Notes: generated from the sequence alone by a model not told the origin. 32,000 bases of DNA from Pirellula staleyi DSM 6068 (GCA_000025185.1 CP001848.1:5610001-5642000); one strand, 5' to 3'. Counted from the stretch's first letter, positions 16,877 to 25,694 are shown. Made by a program: numbers and translations.

Positions 16877-18193
16877 TCACGACTCGGAGGTTCCATCGAG
16901 GACTCGCATTCGCACACAAGGTGCCTTTACGCTCGTTAGTTGACTGATCGCTTCGACCGCCTTACGAGCATCCCCTTCGCGGGCCTGATAAGTCATGATC
17001 ACCAGCGGAACAACGCGGTTGACACCACTCCCCTTCGCCTCGTGCTGAATCACGCTGGCAATTGAAATGCCATGCTTGCCGAGCACGCCGGCGATCTCTG
17101 CCAAAACACCCGGGCGGTCTTCGACGGTGAATCGCAGGTAATAGCGTCCGGTGAGTTCGTCGTGGTCGAGCATTTTGACAGCCGCTTCTTTTTGCGACCA
17201 CAGCTCGAGCGTGCGGAAGGTGATCTGCGTCCGTCCAACGGCGGTGTCGATCATGTCGGCTACCACGGCGGATGCGGTCGGCATCTGGCCGGCGCCAAGG
17301 CCGTGGAAGAAGACCGGACCGACGGCGTCCCCCACGACGCTGATGGCGTTGAACGCCTGACGGACTTCGGCCAGTGGCGTGCCGACTTTCACGAGTGTCG
17401 GTGAGACATGCAATTCGAGTCCACCGGGTTGTAGCTGCGCAACAGCGATCAGCTTAATGCGGTAGCCAAGCTCCTTGGCATACTTCAAGTCGGCTGGATC
17501 GAGTTTATCGATGCCGACGCGGGGAATCTCGGTCCAGTGCACGCGGGCACCAAAGGCGAGGTGCGCCAGAATGGCAAGTTTCTGGGCTGCATCGCTGCCG
17601 TCGACATCCATGGTGGGGTCGGCTTCGGCAAAACCCCGTTTTTGGGCCTCGGCCAGAGCGGCGGCGTAATCGGCCCCCTGCTCTTCCATTTGCGAGACAA
17701 TGAAATTGCTGGTGCCGTTAAGGATTCCACGCAAACTTTGGATCTGATTGGCCGAAAAACATTGACCAATGTTGGTGATGATCGGAATGCCCCCCGCCAC
17801 AGCGGCGTCGAAGGCGATCGATCGGCCGAGTTCGCGAGCGCGGTCGAATAGCTCGGGGCCATGTTCGGCCAGCAGTGCCTTGTTGGCAGTAACTACATCC
17901 TTGCCCGCTTCGAGCAGCTGCAGCAGGATCGTACGAGCTGGCTCCAAACCACCCACAAGATGGGCGACTACTTTGATCTCGGGATTGTCGGTAATGCGGG
18001 CCAGATCGTCGGAGATAAGTCCTTTGGGTAGCTGGACTTCACGCCCCTTCTTCAGGTCGTGCACCACCACTTCTTCGAGCCACAAGATCTGGCCGGCATG
18101 TCGGGCGGTGCGATCCCCCTGATCGTAGAGCAGGCGAACAACGCCGGTTCCGACGGTTCCCATGCCAACCAGGGCTACTTTAGTGACTTGCAT
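16877..18193 (-). CDS. hom: Homoserine dehydrogenase with C-terminal ACT domain
   Basis: N-terminal Rossmann motif MQVTKVALVGMGTVGTGVVRLL, catalytic region ...GILNGTSNFI..., and ACT-like tail YYLRFTVEDRPGVLAEIAGVLGKHGISIASVIQ. Confidence 0.95.
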   Translation of the reverse strand: MQVTKVALVGMGTVGTGVVRLLYDQGDRTARHAGQILWLEEVVVHDLKKGREVQLPKGLISDDLARITDNPEIKVVAHLVGGLEPARTILLQLLEAGKDVVTANKALLAEHGPELFDRARELGRSIAFDAAVAGGIPIITNIGQCFSANQIQSLRGILNGTSNFIVSQMEEQGADYAAALAEAQKRGFAEADPTMDVDGSDAAQKLAILAHLAFGARVHWTEIPRVGIDKLDPADLKYAKELGYRIKLIAVAQLQPGGLELHVSPTLVKVGTPLAEVRQAFNAISVVGDAVGPVFFHGLGAGQMPTASAVVADMIDTAVGRTQITFRTLELWSQKEAAVKMLDHDELTGRYYLRFTVEDRPGVLAEIAGVLGKHGISIASVIQHEAKGSGVNRVVPLVIMTYQAREGDARKAVEAISQLTSVKAPCVRMRVLDGTSES

Positions 18194-18623
18194 TCCCGCC
18201 TCGAAGCAGATGACGACAAACGATTTGTGGTAAACCCACCATCGTATTTTCGCCTAGTTGGCAGCGTCAAGCGGGGCGAGGAGCGAGGGAACTCTCGCAT
18301 CGGCCAGCTGAGACCTCGAAATTCTGGCGGTTCAGCGACGAAATCAGCCACCATTATCGGAGGAAATACGTGGTGGGTTGGGTTAATGCGTCAGAAGCTG
18401 GGGATGACTGGCGAATGTGCGAGGCAGCAATCCAAGTCGGAACCTCCGCTCGGCTGTTTTTCGTCTTGCTCCAAACTCGCAAAGTCCGGTATGTTCCTCG
18501 CACCGATAAGCCTCCAAAGCGAACCAGGCGCTTGGATGGCTCTTTCCGCTAGCGAATGCGCGATCAAGGATGGTCGAGCAGCTGTGGATAACGCGCTCCC
18601 TCGGCAAAGGATGGCAACGGGCC

Positions 18624-19718
18624 ATGAACCTCACGCTTGCGCAACTAGCGGACCTGGTCGATGGAACTCTCAGCGGCGATTCGTCGCTCGAAATCACCGG
18701 AGCAGCCACGCTCTCGGCTGCTCGACCGGGCGACATCACCCTCTGCGATTCTCCCAAATTGGCCCCTCAGCTAGCTCGCTGCCCCGCAGCTGCTGTTGTG
18801 GTTTCCGACAACTATCAGCCCACCGATCGCCCCACGATAACCGTGGCCAGCGTGCATGGTGCTTTTGCCAAAATCGTGGCGCACTATCGCCCCTTGCCGG
18901 TCGTCAGCTACTCGGGTGTGCATCCAGCAGCGTACGTCAGTCCCACCGCTCAACTTGCGGATAACGTGGAAGTTCACCCCCACGCCTCGATCGGCAACCA
19001 TTGCGTAATTGGCAGCGGAACGGTGATTCATAGCGGCGTGCGTGTTCTCGATGGCACCACCATCGGCGACAACTGCACTCTCTTCCCGAACGTTGTCCTT
19101 TACGAGAACACAATTCTCGGCAACCGCGTGATGATTCACAGCGGCTCGGTCATTGGCGCTTTCGGTTTTGGCTATTCCACCAAAGGTGGCGAGCATCATC
19201 GATCGGCTCAGCTGGGGTATGTCGAAATCGAAGATGATGTCGAAGTCGGCGCTTGCACCACGATCGATCGCGGAACCTACGGCCCGACGCTGATCGGACG
19301 GGGCTCGAAAATCGATAACCAAGTACAAATCGCCCACAATGTGCGGCTGGGAACGTTCAACCTCGTCTGCTCGCAGGTCGGGATGGCTGGCAGCTGCTCG
19401 ACCGGCGATTACGTGGTGCTGGCAGGTCAGGTGGGAGTACGCGATCACGTGCATGTCGGTTCCCGCGCGGTCATCGGGGCCAAAGGTGGCGTGATGGGCG
19501 ATATTCCCGAAGATGGCCGCTTTTTCGGCATTCCGGTGACGGAAGAAAAGCAGCAGTTCTCGAGCCTCTCGATCTTCCACCGCTTGCCCGAACTACGTAA
19601 GCAGCTGATCGAAGTGAAACGCGACGTTTCGAAGCTGATGCGCGATCGTGAGCAAGCTTCCATTCCTGGCGATACCCCGATGTCGAGCGATCTCGGGCCG
19701 AAGTCAGAAGCTGCGTAA
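18624..19718 (+). CDS. lpxD: UDP-3-O-acylglucosamine N-acyltransferase LpxD
   Basis: The ORF track starts at 18570, and I prefer ATG 18624 ([19 protein letters not shown]...). It is followed by a long left-handed beta-helix of hexapeptide repeats: ...[56 protein letters not shown]... Confidence 0.9.
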   Translation: MNLTLAQLADLVDGTLSGDSSLEITGAATLSAARPGDITLCDSPKLAPQLARCPAAAVVVSDNYQPTDRPTITVASVHGAFAKIVAHYRPLPVVSYSGVHPAAYVSPTAQLADNVEVHPHASIGNHCVIGSGTVIHSGVRVLDGTTIGDNCTLFPNVVLYENTILGNRVMIHSGSVIGAFGFGYSTKGGEHHRSAQLGYVEIEDDVEVGACTTIDRGTYGPTLIGRGSKIDNQVQIAHNVRLGTFNLVCSQVGMAGSCSTGDYVVLAGQVGVRDHVHVGSRAVIGAKGGVMGDIPEDGRFFGIPVTEEKQQFSSLSIFHRLPELRKQLIEVKRDVSKLMRDREQASIPGDTPMSSDLGPKSEAA

Positions 19719-19754
19719 TGGCGGAGCGGTCTCCTCCCGAATTGATGCATCCCC

Positions 19755-20657
19755 ATGACGCTGCGACTCTTTGACGAACATCGCCCCGAGCCCGATTCGA
19801 TCGGTCTGATGGCTGGCTGGGGAACGTTTCCCGTGGTGGTGGCGCGGGCACTCAAAGCAGCGGGACACACCGTTTCGTGCGTGGGACTGGCGGGTCATGC
19901 CGATCCGATTTTGGAAAAAATCTGCGATCATTATCTCCCCTGCCCCGTCGCTCGTCTCGGCCAGCACATTCGCTTCCTGAAGCGGCACGATGTTCGCCGC
20001 GCTACGCTGGCTGGCAAGCTTTTTAAAGATCGCCTGCTGCTCCAAAAAATGGGTTGGCTGTCGCTTCTTCCCGATTTTCGAACGATTCGCGCGTTTGCGC
20101 CGATCTACTTCTTTGGCCGCCGCAATCGCAACGACGACACGTTGATGAACGTCGTAGTCGACGAATTTGCCCGCGATGGAATCGAACTGGCCCCCGCGAC
20201 CGATTTTTCGCCGGAGTTACTTGTGAAACACGGACTTCTCACCCGCCGAAAACCGTCCGCCGCTGAACTCGCCGACATTCGCTACGGCTGGCAAGTTGCC
20301 AAAGAAATGGGCCGCATCGATATCGGGCAAAGCGTGGCGGTGAAAGGTCGCGTGGTGGTGGCTGTCGAAGCAATCGAAGGAACCGACAGCTGCATTCGCC
20401 GCGCGGGGCAACTTTGCCCGCAAGGTGGTTTCACCGTGGTGAAAGTGGCCAAGCCTCAGCAAGACATGCGATTCGATGTACCCACGATTGGCAAATTGAC
20501 CATCGAAACCATGATCGCCGCCGGCGCGAAAGTGCTGGCGATTGAAGCGGGCAAAACCATTCTTCTCGACGAGCCCGAAGTCGCTGCTCTGGCCAACAAA
20601 CATGGCCTTTCTATCATCAGCCTGCACGACAGCGACGCCCTGCAAGACGCGGCATAA
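19755..20657 (+). CDS. lpxI: UDP-2,3-diacylglucosamine diphosphatase LpxI (DUF1009)
   Basis: ...IGLMAGWGTFPVVVA... and the diagnostic ...DIGQSVAVKGRVVVAVEAIEGTDSCIRRAG... are present. It starts 37 nt after the lpxD stop. Confidence 0.85.
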   Translation: MTLRLFDEHRPEPDSIGLMAGWGTFPVVVARALKAAGHTVSCVGLAGHADPILEKICDHYLPCPVARLGQHIRFLKRHDVRRATLAGKLFKDRLLLQKMGWLSLLPDFRTIRAFAPIYFFGRRNRNDDTLMNVVVDEFARDGIELAPATDFSPELLVKHGLLTRRKPSAAELADIRYGWQVAKEMGRIDIGQSVAVKGRVVVAVEAIEGTDSCIRRAGQLCPQGGFTVVKVAKPQQDMRFDVPTIGKLTIETMIAAGAKVLAIEAGKTILLDEPEVAALANKHGLSIISLHDSDALQDAA

Positions 20658-20773
20658 GGCTAAATGGAACCCGTTGCAATAGCTTCAAAGTGGGCAGTAG
20701 TAATTAGGTCCAGCTGTGCGAGACAAACCTCGAGTCGGCCGCAGACAAAGCTACGGAACTTAAGCCCAGCAGG

Positions 20774-22312
20774 CTAGTCGCCTCCGCACCCGCCGCAGCC
20801 GCTTCCACCACAGCCCCCTCCTCCTCCGCAGCCACTGCCACCGCTACATCCAGATGAACAGCCGCTGGAGACATCACTACTTACATTGCCGAACGCGTGG
20901 CGTTCCCAGCTGCTGAGTCCCCCGAAGGCGGTTCCGGCGAGCGCTGTGGTGCCAAACAGTGCCACCGCAAAAGCGAGGTCGCTGCTGACCGCACCCGTTG
21001 CGGGCGAGATCCCCGACTGCGTTGCCAAACTCTTCAGTGCGGCGTTTTCTGCGGTCAGTCTCTTGATCAGCTCATCACCAGCTCGAGAGCGGCGGATATT
21101 GCGTACGAAGAAATAGATGGCGATCCCGGTCAGTCCCAGCGCTATCGCCAAGAACCCCACCGGCTTATCGCGCATGAGACCAACGACAAGCTTGGCCGCT
21201 CCCAAGGCAAAGACCAGTCCCATGATCCCCGCTGGGATGAAGCGAGCCGGAAAGGTCTCGTGTGGCTCGTACACCAGGCCGCGATTGACCAGTCCAGCTT
21301 CGACACGTTCGAGCGCATCGCCGACAGCGGTGTCGATCTTTTGTTGTGTCACCTGCTCTTCATTCAGGAGCAGCGTGGCGACGCGGTTTTCCCAGGCGTC
21401 GGGGCTCAATTTGCCTTCGCCGGCGACGATTTTCGAAGTGCTCGAGATCGACATGCCAAGGAGCGTTGTCTCGTCTTTTTGCAGCCGCAGCACATCGTCG
21501 GCCATCAGCTGACACGCGACCGTGGCGATGGCTCCGCGTTTGCCACGAGCAAGTTGGGCAATCTCGACCGGCGATAGCAGCGACGAATCTGCAAGTGGCG
21601 ACATTGGCGAACTGAGATCGTTTTTCGCAGCGGGAAGAAGCGTGCGACGCGCGATCCACCCCAACACAACCGCAACGGCGAAGCAGCTGAAATAGAGCGT
21701 GAGAAACTGTGGACCGGTGAGGTCGAGTGGATTGGGGATTGCAGCGAAGATTGGCAAGATGGCGACAGCAGCCACCAAGCTGATTTTGGTACGTCGACGC
21801 CTCAGCTGAGCCATCAGCCTAGCCAGTGGATTGGGAAGCACCCAATTACGCGAGAGATTTACTTTCCGATGCTGTGTGTCGCTGCCAAAGCGAACGCTCG
21901 TTGCCGGCCAGATCTCGGCTGGTGGCTCGCAATGAAACCTGGCGCGATAGTCGGCCAAGGTCTGCTCGTACATCAGCACATGCTTGGCATGCTCATCACG
22001 TCCGCCCCGTGTTGGGTTGTGATGCAGTGGGCGCCCGAGCACACCGGCGCAAAAGTCGGTCCAATAAGACCGTGTGAAGGTGAGATGCAGGTGCCAAACT
22101 TCGTCGACTTGTTCCGACGGGCATGGCGGGTCTGCCGACGTCATGCACAGAAACACGAACCGCTTGTACTCGCGGATCGCTCGCAGGGCAAACGCCCGCG
22201 TCCAGCCATTTTCGTGGGCCAAACGAGCACTGAAGGGGTAGTCGGCCTGCGGGTCGTCGAGTTCAAAAGCCTCGATTTTTCGCCACAATTCCGCTTCGCA
22301 GCCAGTCGTCAT
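20774..22312 (-). CDS. GRDP-like (DUF1399-type) N-terminal domain fused to a TIGR04222-type membrane protein with a Gly/Cys/Ser-rich C-terminal tail
   Basis: The ORF track starts at GTG 22438. The family-typical N-terminus begins at ATG 22312 (MTTGCEAELWRKIEAFELDDPQADYPFSARLAHENGW...VDEVWHLHLTFTRSYW...). Four predicted TM helices are present, and the protein ends ...SSGCSSGCSGGSGCGGGGGCGGSGCGGCGGD. Confidence 0.75.
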   Translation of the reverse strand: MTTGCEAELWRKIEAFELDDPQADYPFSARLAHENGWTRAFALRAIREYKRFVFLCMTSADPPCPSEQVDEVWHLHLTFTRSYWTDFCAGVLGRPLHHNPTRGGRDEHAKHVLMYEQTLADYRARFHCEPPAEIWPATSVRFGSDTQHRKVNLSRNWVLPNPLARLMAQLRRRRTKISLVAAVAILPIFAAIPNPLDLTGPQFLTLYFSCFAVAVVLGWIARRTLLPAAKNDLSSPMSPLADSSLLSPVEIAQLARGKRGAIATVACQLMADDVLRLQKDETTLLGMSISSTSKIVAGEGKLSPDAWENRVATLLLNEEQVTQQKIDTAVGDALERVEAGLVNRGLVYEPHETFPARFIPAGIMGLVFALGAAKLVVGLMRDKPVGFLAIALGLTGIAIYFFVRNIRRSRAGDELIKRLTAENAALKSLATQSGISPATGAVSSDLAFAVALFGTTALAGTAFGGLSSWERHAFGNVSSDVSSGCSSGCSGGSGCGGGGGCGGSGCGGCGGD

Positions 22313-22602
22313 GCTGTTTTGCAAGAGATGGTCCTCCGCAGTTAATTCGCTGGCACCTGATGAAGATTCGGCCAAGATGCGATATGCAAAATCGGCACAA
22401 TCATCATCCCGCCTCGCGCCCAGCAGCCTGCTACCCACTTTGCCATTAAATCACTACCTCTCGATTCCTCCTACAGCAAGGCGGACGATAAGAAAACCAA
22501 CTCAAGATTGCCAGCACTTTGCTTAGCACAGGCCCCAATCGCTACCAAATCTAACCAACCGCTCGCCTCCAAGTCTCTGCCCCCTCACCCCCAATCCCTA
22601 CA

Positions 22603-23487
22603 TCACTTCCACGGGAAGTGCTGGCCGGTGAGTTGTTCGAAGGCTTCGATGTATTTTTCGCGGGTGCGGGTGACAACTTCGGTCGGCAAGTTGGGTGGTG
22701 GGCTGTTTTTGTCCCAGCCTGTGGTCTCGAGCCAGTCACGCACAAACTGCTTGTCGAACGAGGGTTGGGGACCACCGGGCTGGTACTTATCAGCGGGCCA
22801 AAAGCGACTGCTGTCGGGGGTGAGGACTTCATCGCACAGGATCAGCCGACCTTCGAAGCGGCCCCATTCCATTTTGGTGTCGGCGATGACAATCCCCCGC
22901 TCGAGCGCCACGTCGGCTGCCTGCTTGTAGATCGCAATTGAGCGGTCGCGCAGTTCACGCGAGGTTTCGCGTCCCACGATTTCGCACATCCGCTCGAAGC
23001 TGATGTTCTGATCGTGCCCCGACTCTTCTTTCGTCGCGGGTGTGAAAATCGGCTCAGGAAGTTTCGAGCCTTGTAGGAGTCCGGCCGGCAGCGTGACACC
23101 GCAAACCGATTGCGTTTGCTTGTATTCTTTCCAGCCACTTCCATCGAGATAGCCGCGCACCACGCACTCAATCGGAACGATGCTGGCCTTGCGAACCACC
23201 ACGCTGCGACCAGCGAGCGCGGCAACATCGGTGCCAGTTGGGAGCCGATCGGCGGGAACTTCGGTGCTGAGCAGATGATTCTCGACACCCAGTCGGCTGA
23301 ACCACCAGTTCGACACCTGCGTGAGGACGCGTCCCTTATCGGGAATGCCGTTGGGCATCACCCAGTCGAACGCCGAAATGCGATCGGTGGCCACCATCAG
23401 CAGACAATCGCCGAGGTCGAACACGTCCCGCACTTTGCCACGGCGAACAGGCAGGTCGGAGATTTCGGTCGAGAGCAGTGCGGACAT
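22603..23487 (-). CDS. purC: Phosphoribosylaminoimidazole-succinocarboxamide (SAICAR) synthase
   Basis: ...[49 protein letters not shown]...[16 protein letters not shown]... are canonical PurC (long-form) motifs. Confidence 0.95.
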   Translation of the reverse strand: MSALLSTEISDLPVRRGKVRDVFDLGDCLLMVATDRISAFDWVMPNGIPDKGRVLTQVSNWWFSRLGVENHLLSTEVPADRLPTGTDVAALAGRSVVVRKASIVPIECVVRGYLDGSGWKEYKQTQSVCGVTLPAGLLQGSKLPEPIFTPATKEESGHDQNISFERMCEIVGRETSRELRDRSIAIYKQAADVALERGIVIADTKMEWGRFEGRLILCDEVLTPDSSRFWPADKYQPGGPQPSFDKQFVRDWLETTGWDKNSPPPNLPTEVVTRTREKYIEAFEQLTGQHFPWK

Positions 23488-23808
23488 GGCAAATGAGGTC
23501 CGTAGCGGGGCGAAACGGGGGAGGATCGAAAGGACGATCGACGTAAAGATAGCAAAGGGGCGGCTCGCTGCGGCGAGGGACCCAGCAGATTTGGCCAGAA
23601 GTTACCCGCCCCGCAGGCGGCACGACATTGAACCAAGCACGCCGCTAGATTAGACTCGCATCGCGCTCGAGGGCGTAGCGGAAGTGCATGGCAGGTGCGA
23701 TCTTCCGCCGCGCTGCAGAGCGCAAGCAAGCAACCGGCGAAATCACTCAAGCAATCGTCCGTCCGACGTGTGTTGGGGCACGCCCTCGGCAAGTGGAATC
23801 AAACGGCC

Positions 23809-25296
23809 ATGGGCCAAATGCGTTTCTTCGCCCCACAGGCGGAACGAATCTCTCCGAGCGCACCCGAGCGGGCGTATATTGCCGGCGCTGAGGGAACTCC
23901 GTGGGAATGCCGCATCGAGTACGACAGCGGACTGCTCACCATCACACGCGACGCCCGTGAATCGGGCCATCTCTATTTCCCTTGGAACGTGCTCGGTCAG
24001 GGGGAAGTGGTCCTCTCCACCGCCAGCCTGATGGAACGTGTCGAGCCCTACCATCTGCCGGTGGAACTCGCGCGGGGATGCATCAACCGCCTGCGCAACC
24101 AATCGCATATTTGGCAACAAGCGGGCATGACGTTGCCCCCCAAGTTCACCAAGCTTCTGAAAGAGGCCTCGACCATCTTTGCCCGCGCCGCCACAGGACA
24201 GCACGACGATGCCGCTGCTGCCAACTGGGCCGAGCAAGCGATCTGTCTCGCCGTCGAGGCGGCTGAACTGCTGGTGCAAAACTACACCGCTCAGGTCCTC
24301 GCGATTCGCCGCGGAGGGGGCAATCCACTCTCCACGCTGGTGGTCGGACGCCTCGAAAAAATCCCCACGCCACCGCTCGACGCCAGCTTCATCGCCGCGT
24401 TCAACATGGCTTCGATCGGAGCCACCTGGAAAGACCTCGAGCCGGTTGCTGGAACCCGCGACTTCACCCGTGTCGACGAAACCCTCGTCTGGGCGCGCGA
24501 ACGTGGACTGCGGCTGATGGTGGGACCACTCCTTTCCCTCACGCCGCAACATCTCCCCGACTGGCTCTATCTGTGGGAAGACGAGTTCGAAGAACTACAG
24601 CAGTTCGTCCGGCAACATGTCGAAGCGGTGGTGCAGCGCTACAAAGGCAAAGTCCACTTGTGGCATGTCGCCGCTGGTATGAACTGCAGCCGATCCCTTT
24701 CGCTCGATGAAGAACAACGACTGAAACTAACGGTCGAAGCCATCGAGCTTGTTCGCGCCATCGACCCACGAACTCCCGTTTTTGTCAGCTTCGATCAACC
24801 TTGGGGAGAGTACATCGCCAGCGAAGATCAGGAGCTCACACCGCTGAATTTCGCCGACACTCTGATTCGTGGCGAACTCGGACTTTCAGGGGTCGGCATC
24901 GACATCAACTTTGGCTACTGGCCGGGGGGGACGCTGCTGCGTGATCCACTCGAGATCAGCCGCATGCTCGACCGCTGGACCTACCTGCAAGTTCCCCTGG
25001 TCATCTCGCTGGCAATCCCCAGCTCGTCGGCTCCCGATCCAACGGCACGCAAGCCGCTAAAGCCTGTTCCGGGGATGAGCGCAGCAGGTATTTCTCCCAC
25101 TTGGCAGCGACAGCAGCTCGAGAAGATATTGCCCCTTTTCGCCTGCAAGCAGTCGGTGCAAGCCATCCTCTGGAACCAGTGGAGCGACGAGTCGCAGCAC
25201 GAACTTCCGCACGCCGGTTTGATCGATTACACCGGCAAAGAAAAGCCAGCGCTCGACTACTTAAAAACCTTCCGCCGCGACACGATCGGCAACTAG
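23809..25296 (+). CDS. GH10 (xylanase-family)-like TIM-barrel protein with an extra N-terminal domain; catalytic glutamates apparently substituted
   Basis: The ORF track starts at 23695, and I prefer ATG 23809 (MGQMRFF...). The GH10-like blocks are FNMASIGATWKDLEPVAGTRDFTRVDETLVWARERGLRLMVG, QRYKGKVHLWHVAAGMN (compare RYKGK..WDVVNE) and GVGIDINFGYW (compare ITELDI). No signal peptide is evident. Confidence 0.65.
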   Translation: MGQMRFFAPQAERISPSAPERAYIAGAEGTPWECRIEYDSGLLTITRDARESGHLYFPWNVLGQGEVVLSTASLMERVEPYHLPVELARGCINRLRNQSHIWQQAGMTLPPKFTKLLKEASTIFARAATGQHDDAAAANWAEQAICLAVEAAELLVQNYTAQVLAIRRGGGNPLSTLVVGRLEKIPTPPLDASFIAAFNMASIGATWKDLEPVAGTRDFTRVDETLVWARERGLRLMVGPLLSLTPQHLPDWLYLWEDEFEELQQFVRQHVEAVVQRYKGKVHLWHVAAGMNCSRSLSLDEEQRLKLTVEAIELVRAIDPRTPVFVSFDQPWGEYIASEDQELTPLNFADTLIRGELGLSGVGIDINFGYWPGGTLLRDPLEISRMLDRWTYLQVPLVISLAIPSSSAPDPTARKPLKPVPGMSAAGISPTWQRQQLEKILPLFACKQSVQAILWNQWSDESQHELPHAGLIDYTGKEKPALDYLKTFRRDTIGN

Positions 25297-25326
25297 TAGG
25301 CCATCTACCAAAGTAGGCCGTCTACC
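25295..25326. repeat. Tandem 15-bp direct repeat AGTAGGCC(A/G)TCTACC x2 with a 17-bp period
   Basis: Copies lie at 25295..25309 and 25312..25326 and differ at one base. Each has internal GTAG...CTAC dyad symmetry. The first copy overlaps the double TAG-TAG stop of the GH10-like gene. Confidence 0.8.
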
Positions 25327-25350
25327 GATCAGCGTCAGGTCTCCCTAGGT

Positions 25351-25381
25351 GCCACTGGCATCTTGCCAGTGCAGATTTTTG
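25351..25381 (+). terminator. Intrinsic terminator after the GH10-like gene
   Basis: CACTGGCA-TCT-TGCCAGTG is a perfect 8-bp stem, plus a closing G-C across a bulged C. It is followed by CAGATTTTTG and lies 55 nt after the stop. Confidence 0.7.
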
Positions 25382-25694
25382 CAGCGATGTTTTGGCCTAA
25401 TCTGCTTGAAACTAGGGCCGATTTACAGCTCTCACTGGGCAGAGCCGAGTGGCACCTTTGATGGCAGCCCGCTCATTACGGCCTGACATCGATTGTCAGA
25501 CGGTCCGTCGAGCCATCACTTCTGAGCTTAGGCAAGCTGCACAAAGAATTCCGGCTCGACAATAGGTGCAGAGCTGTTTTTGGGGGGTTACAATCCGCAA
25601 GGTTTGTCCCCCTGAATCGGTTGAAGCCCATCCTCGCAAACTTGCGCCGCAGCGCCACTCGTGCACGCGGCCCCTCTCTCCCGGAGTTACCCCC

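Noticed and set aside
18194-18623. Repeated complementary CCACCA/TGGTGG(GTT) segments in the hom-lpxD divergent region (18227..18242, 18347..18354, 18371..18379) suggested a Thr-type attenuator with alternative pairings.
   Set aside because: There is no leader peptide with Thr, Ile or Met codon runs and no U-tract terminator. A 9-bp complement within 430 bp is not statistically unusual.
20777-20881. A GC-rich, quasi-repetitive DNA tract (gcc/gca/acc/tcc triplets) was considered as a tandem repeat or non-coding low-complexity element.
   Set aside because: It is in frame with, and encodes, the Gly/Cys/Ser tail of the TIGR04222-type protein. That tail is the known hallmark of the family, so the tract is treated as coding.
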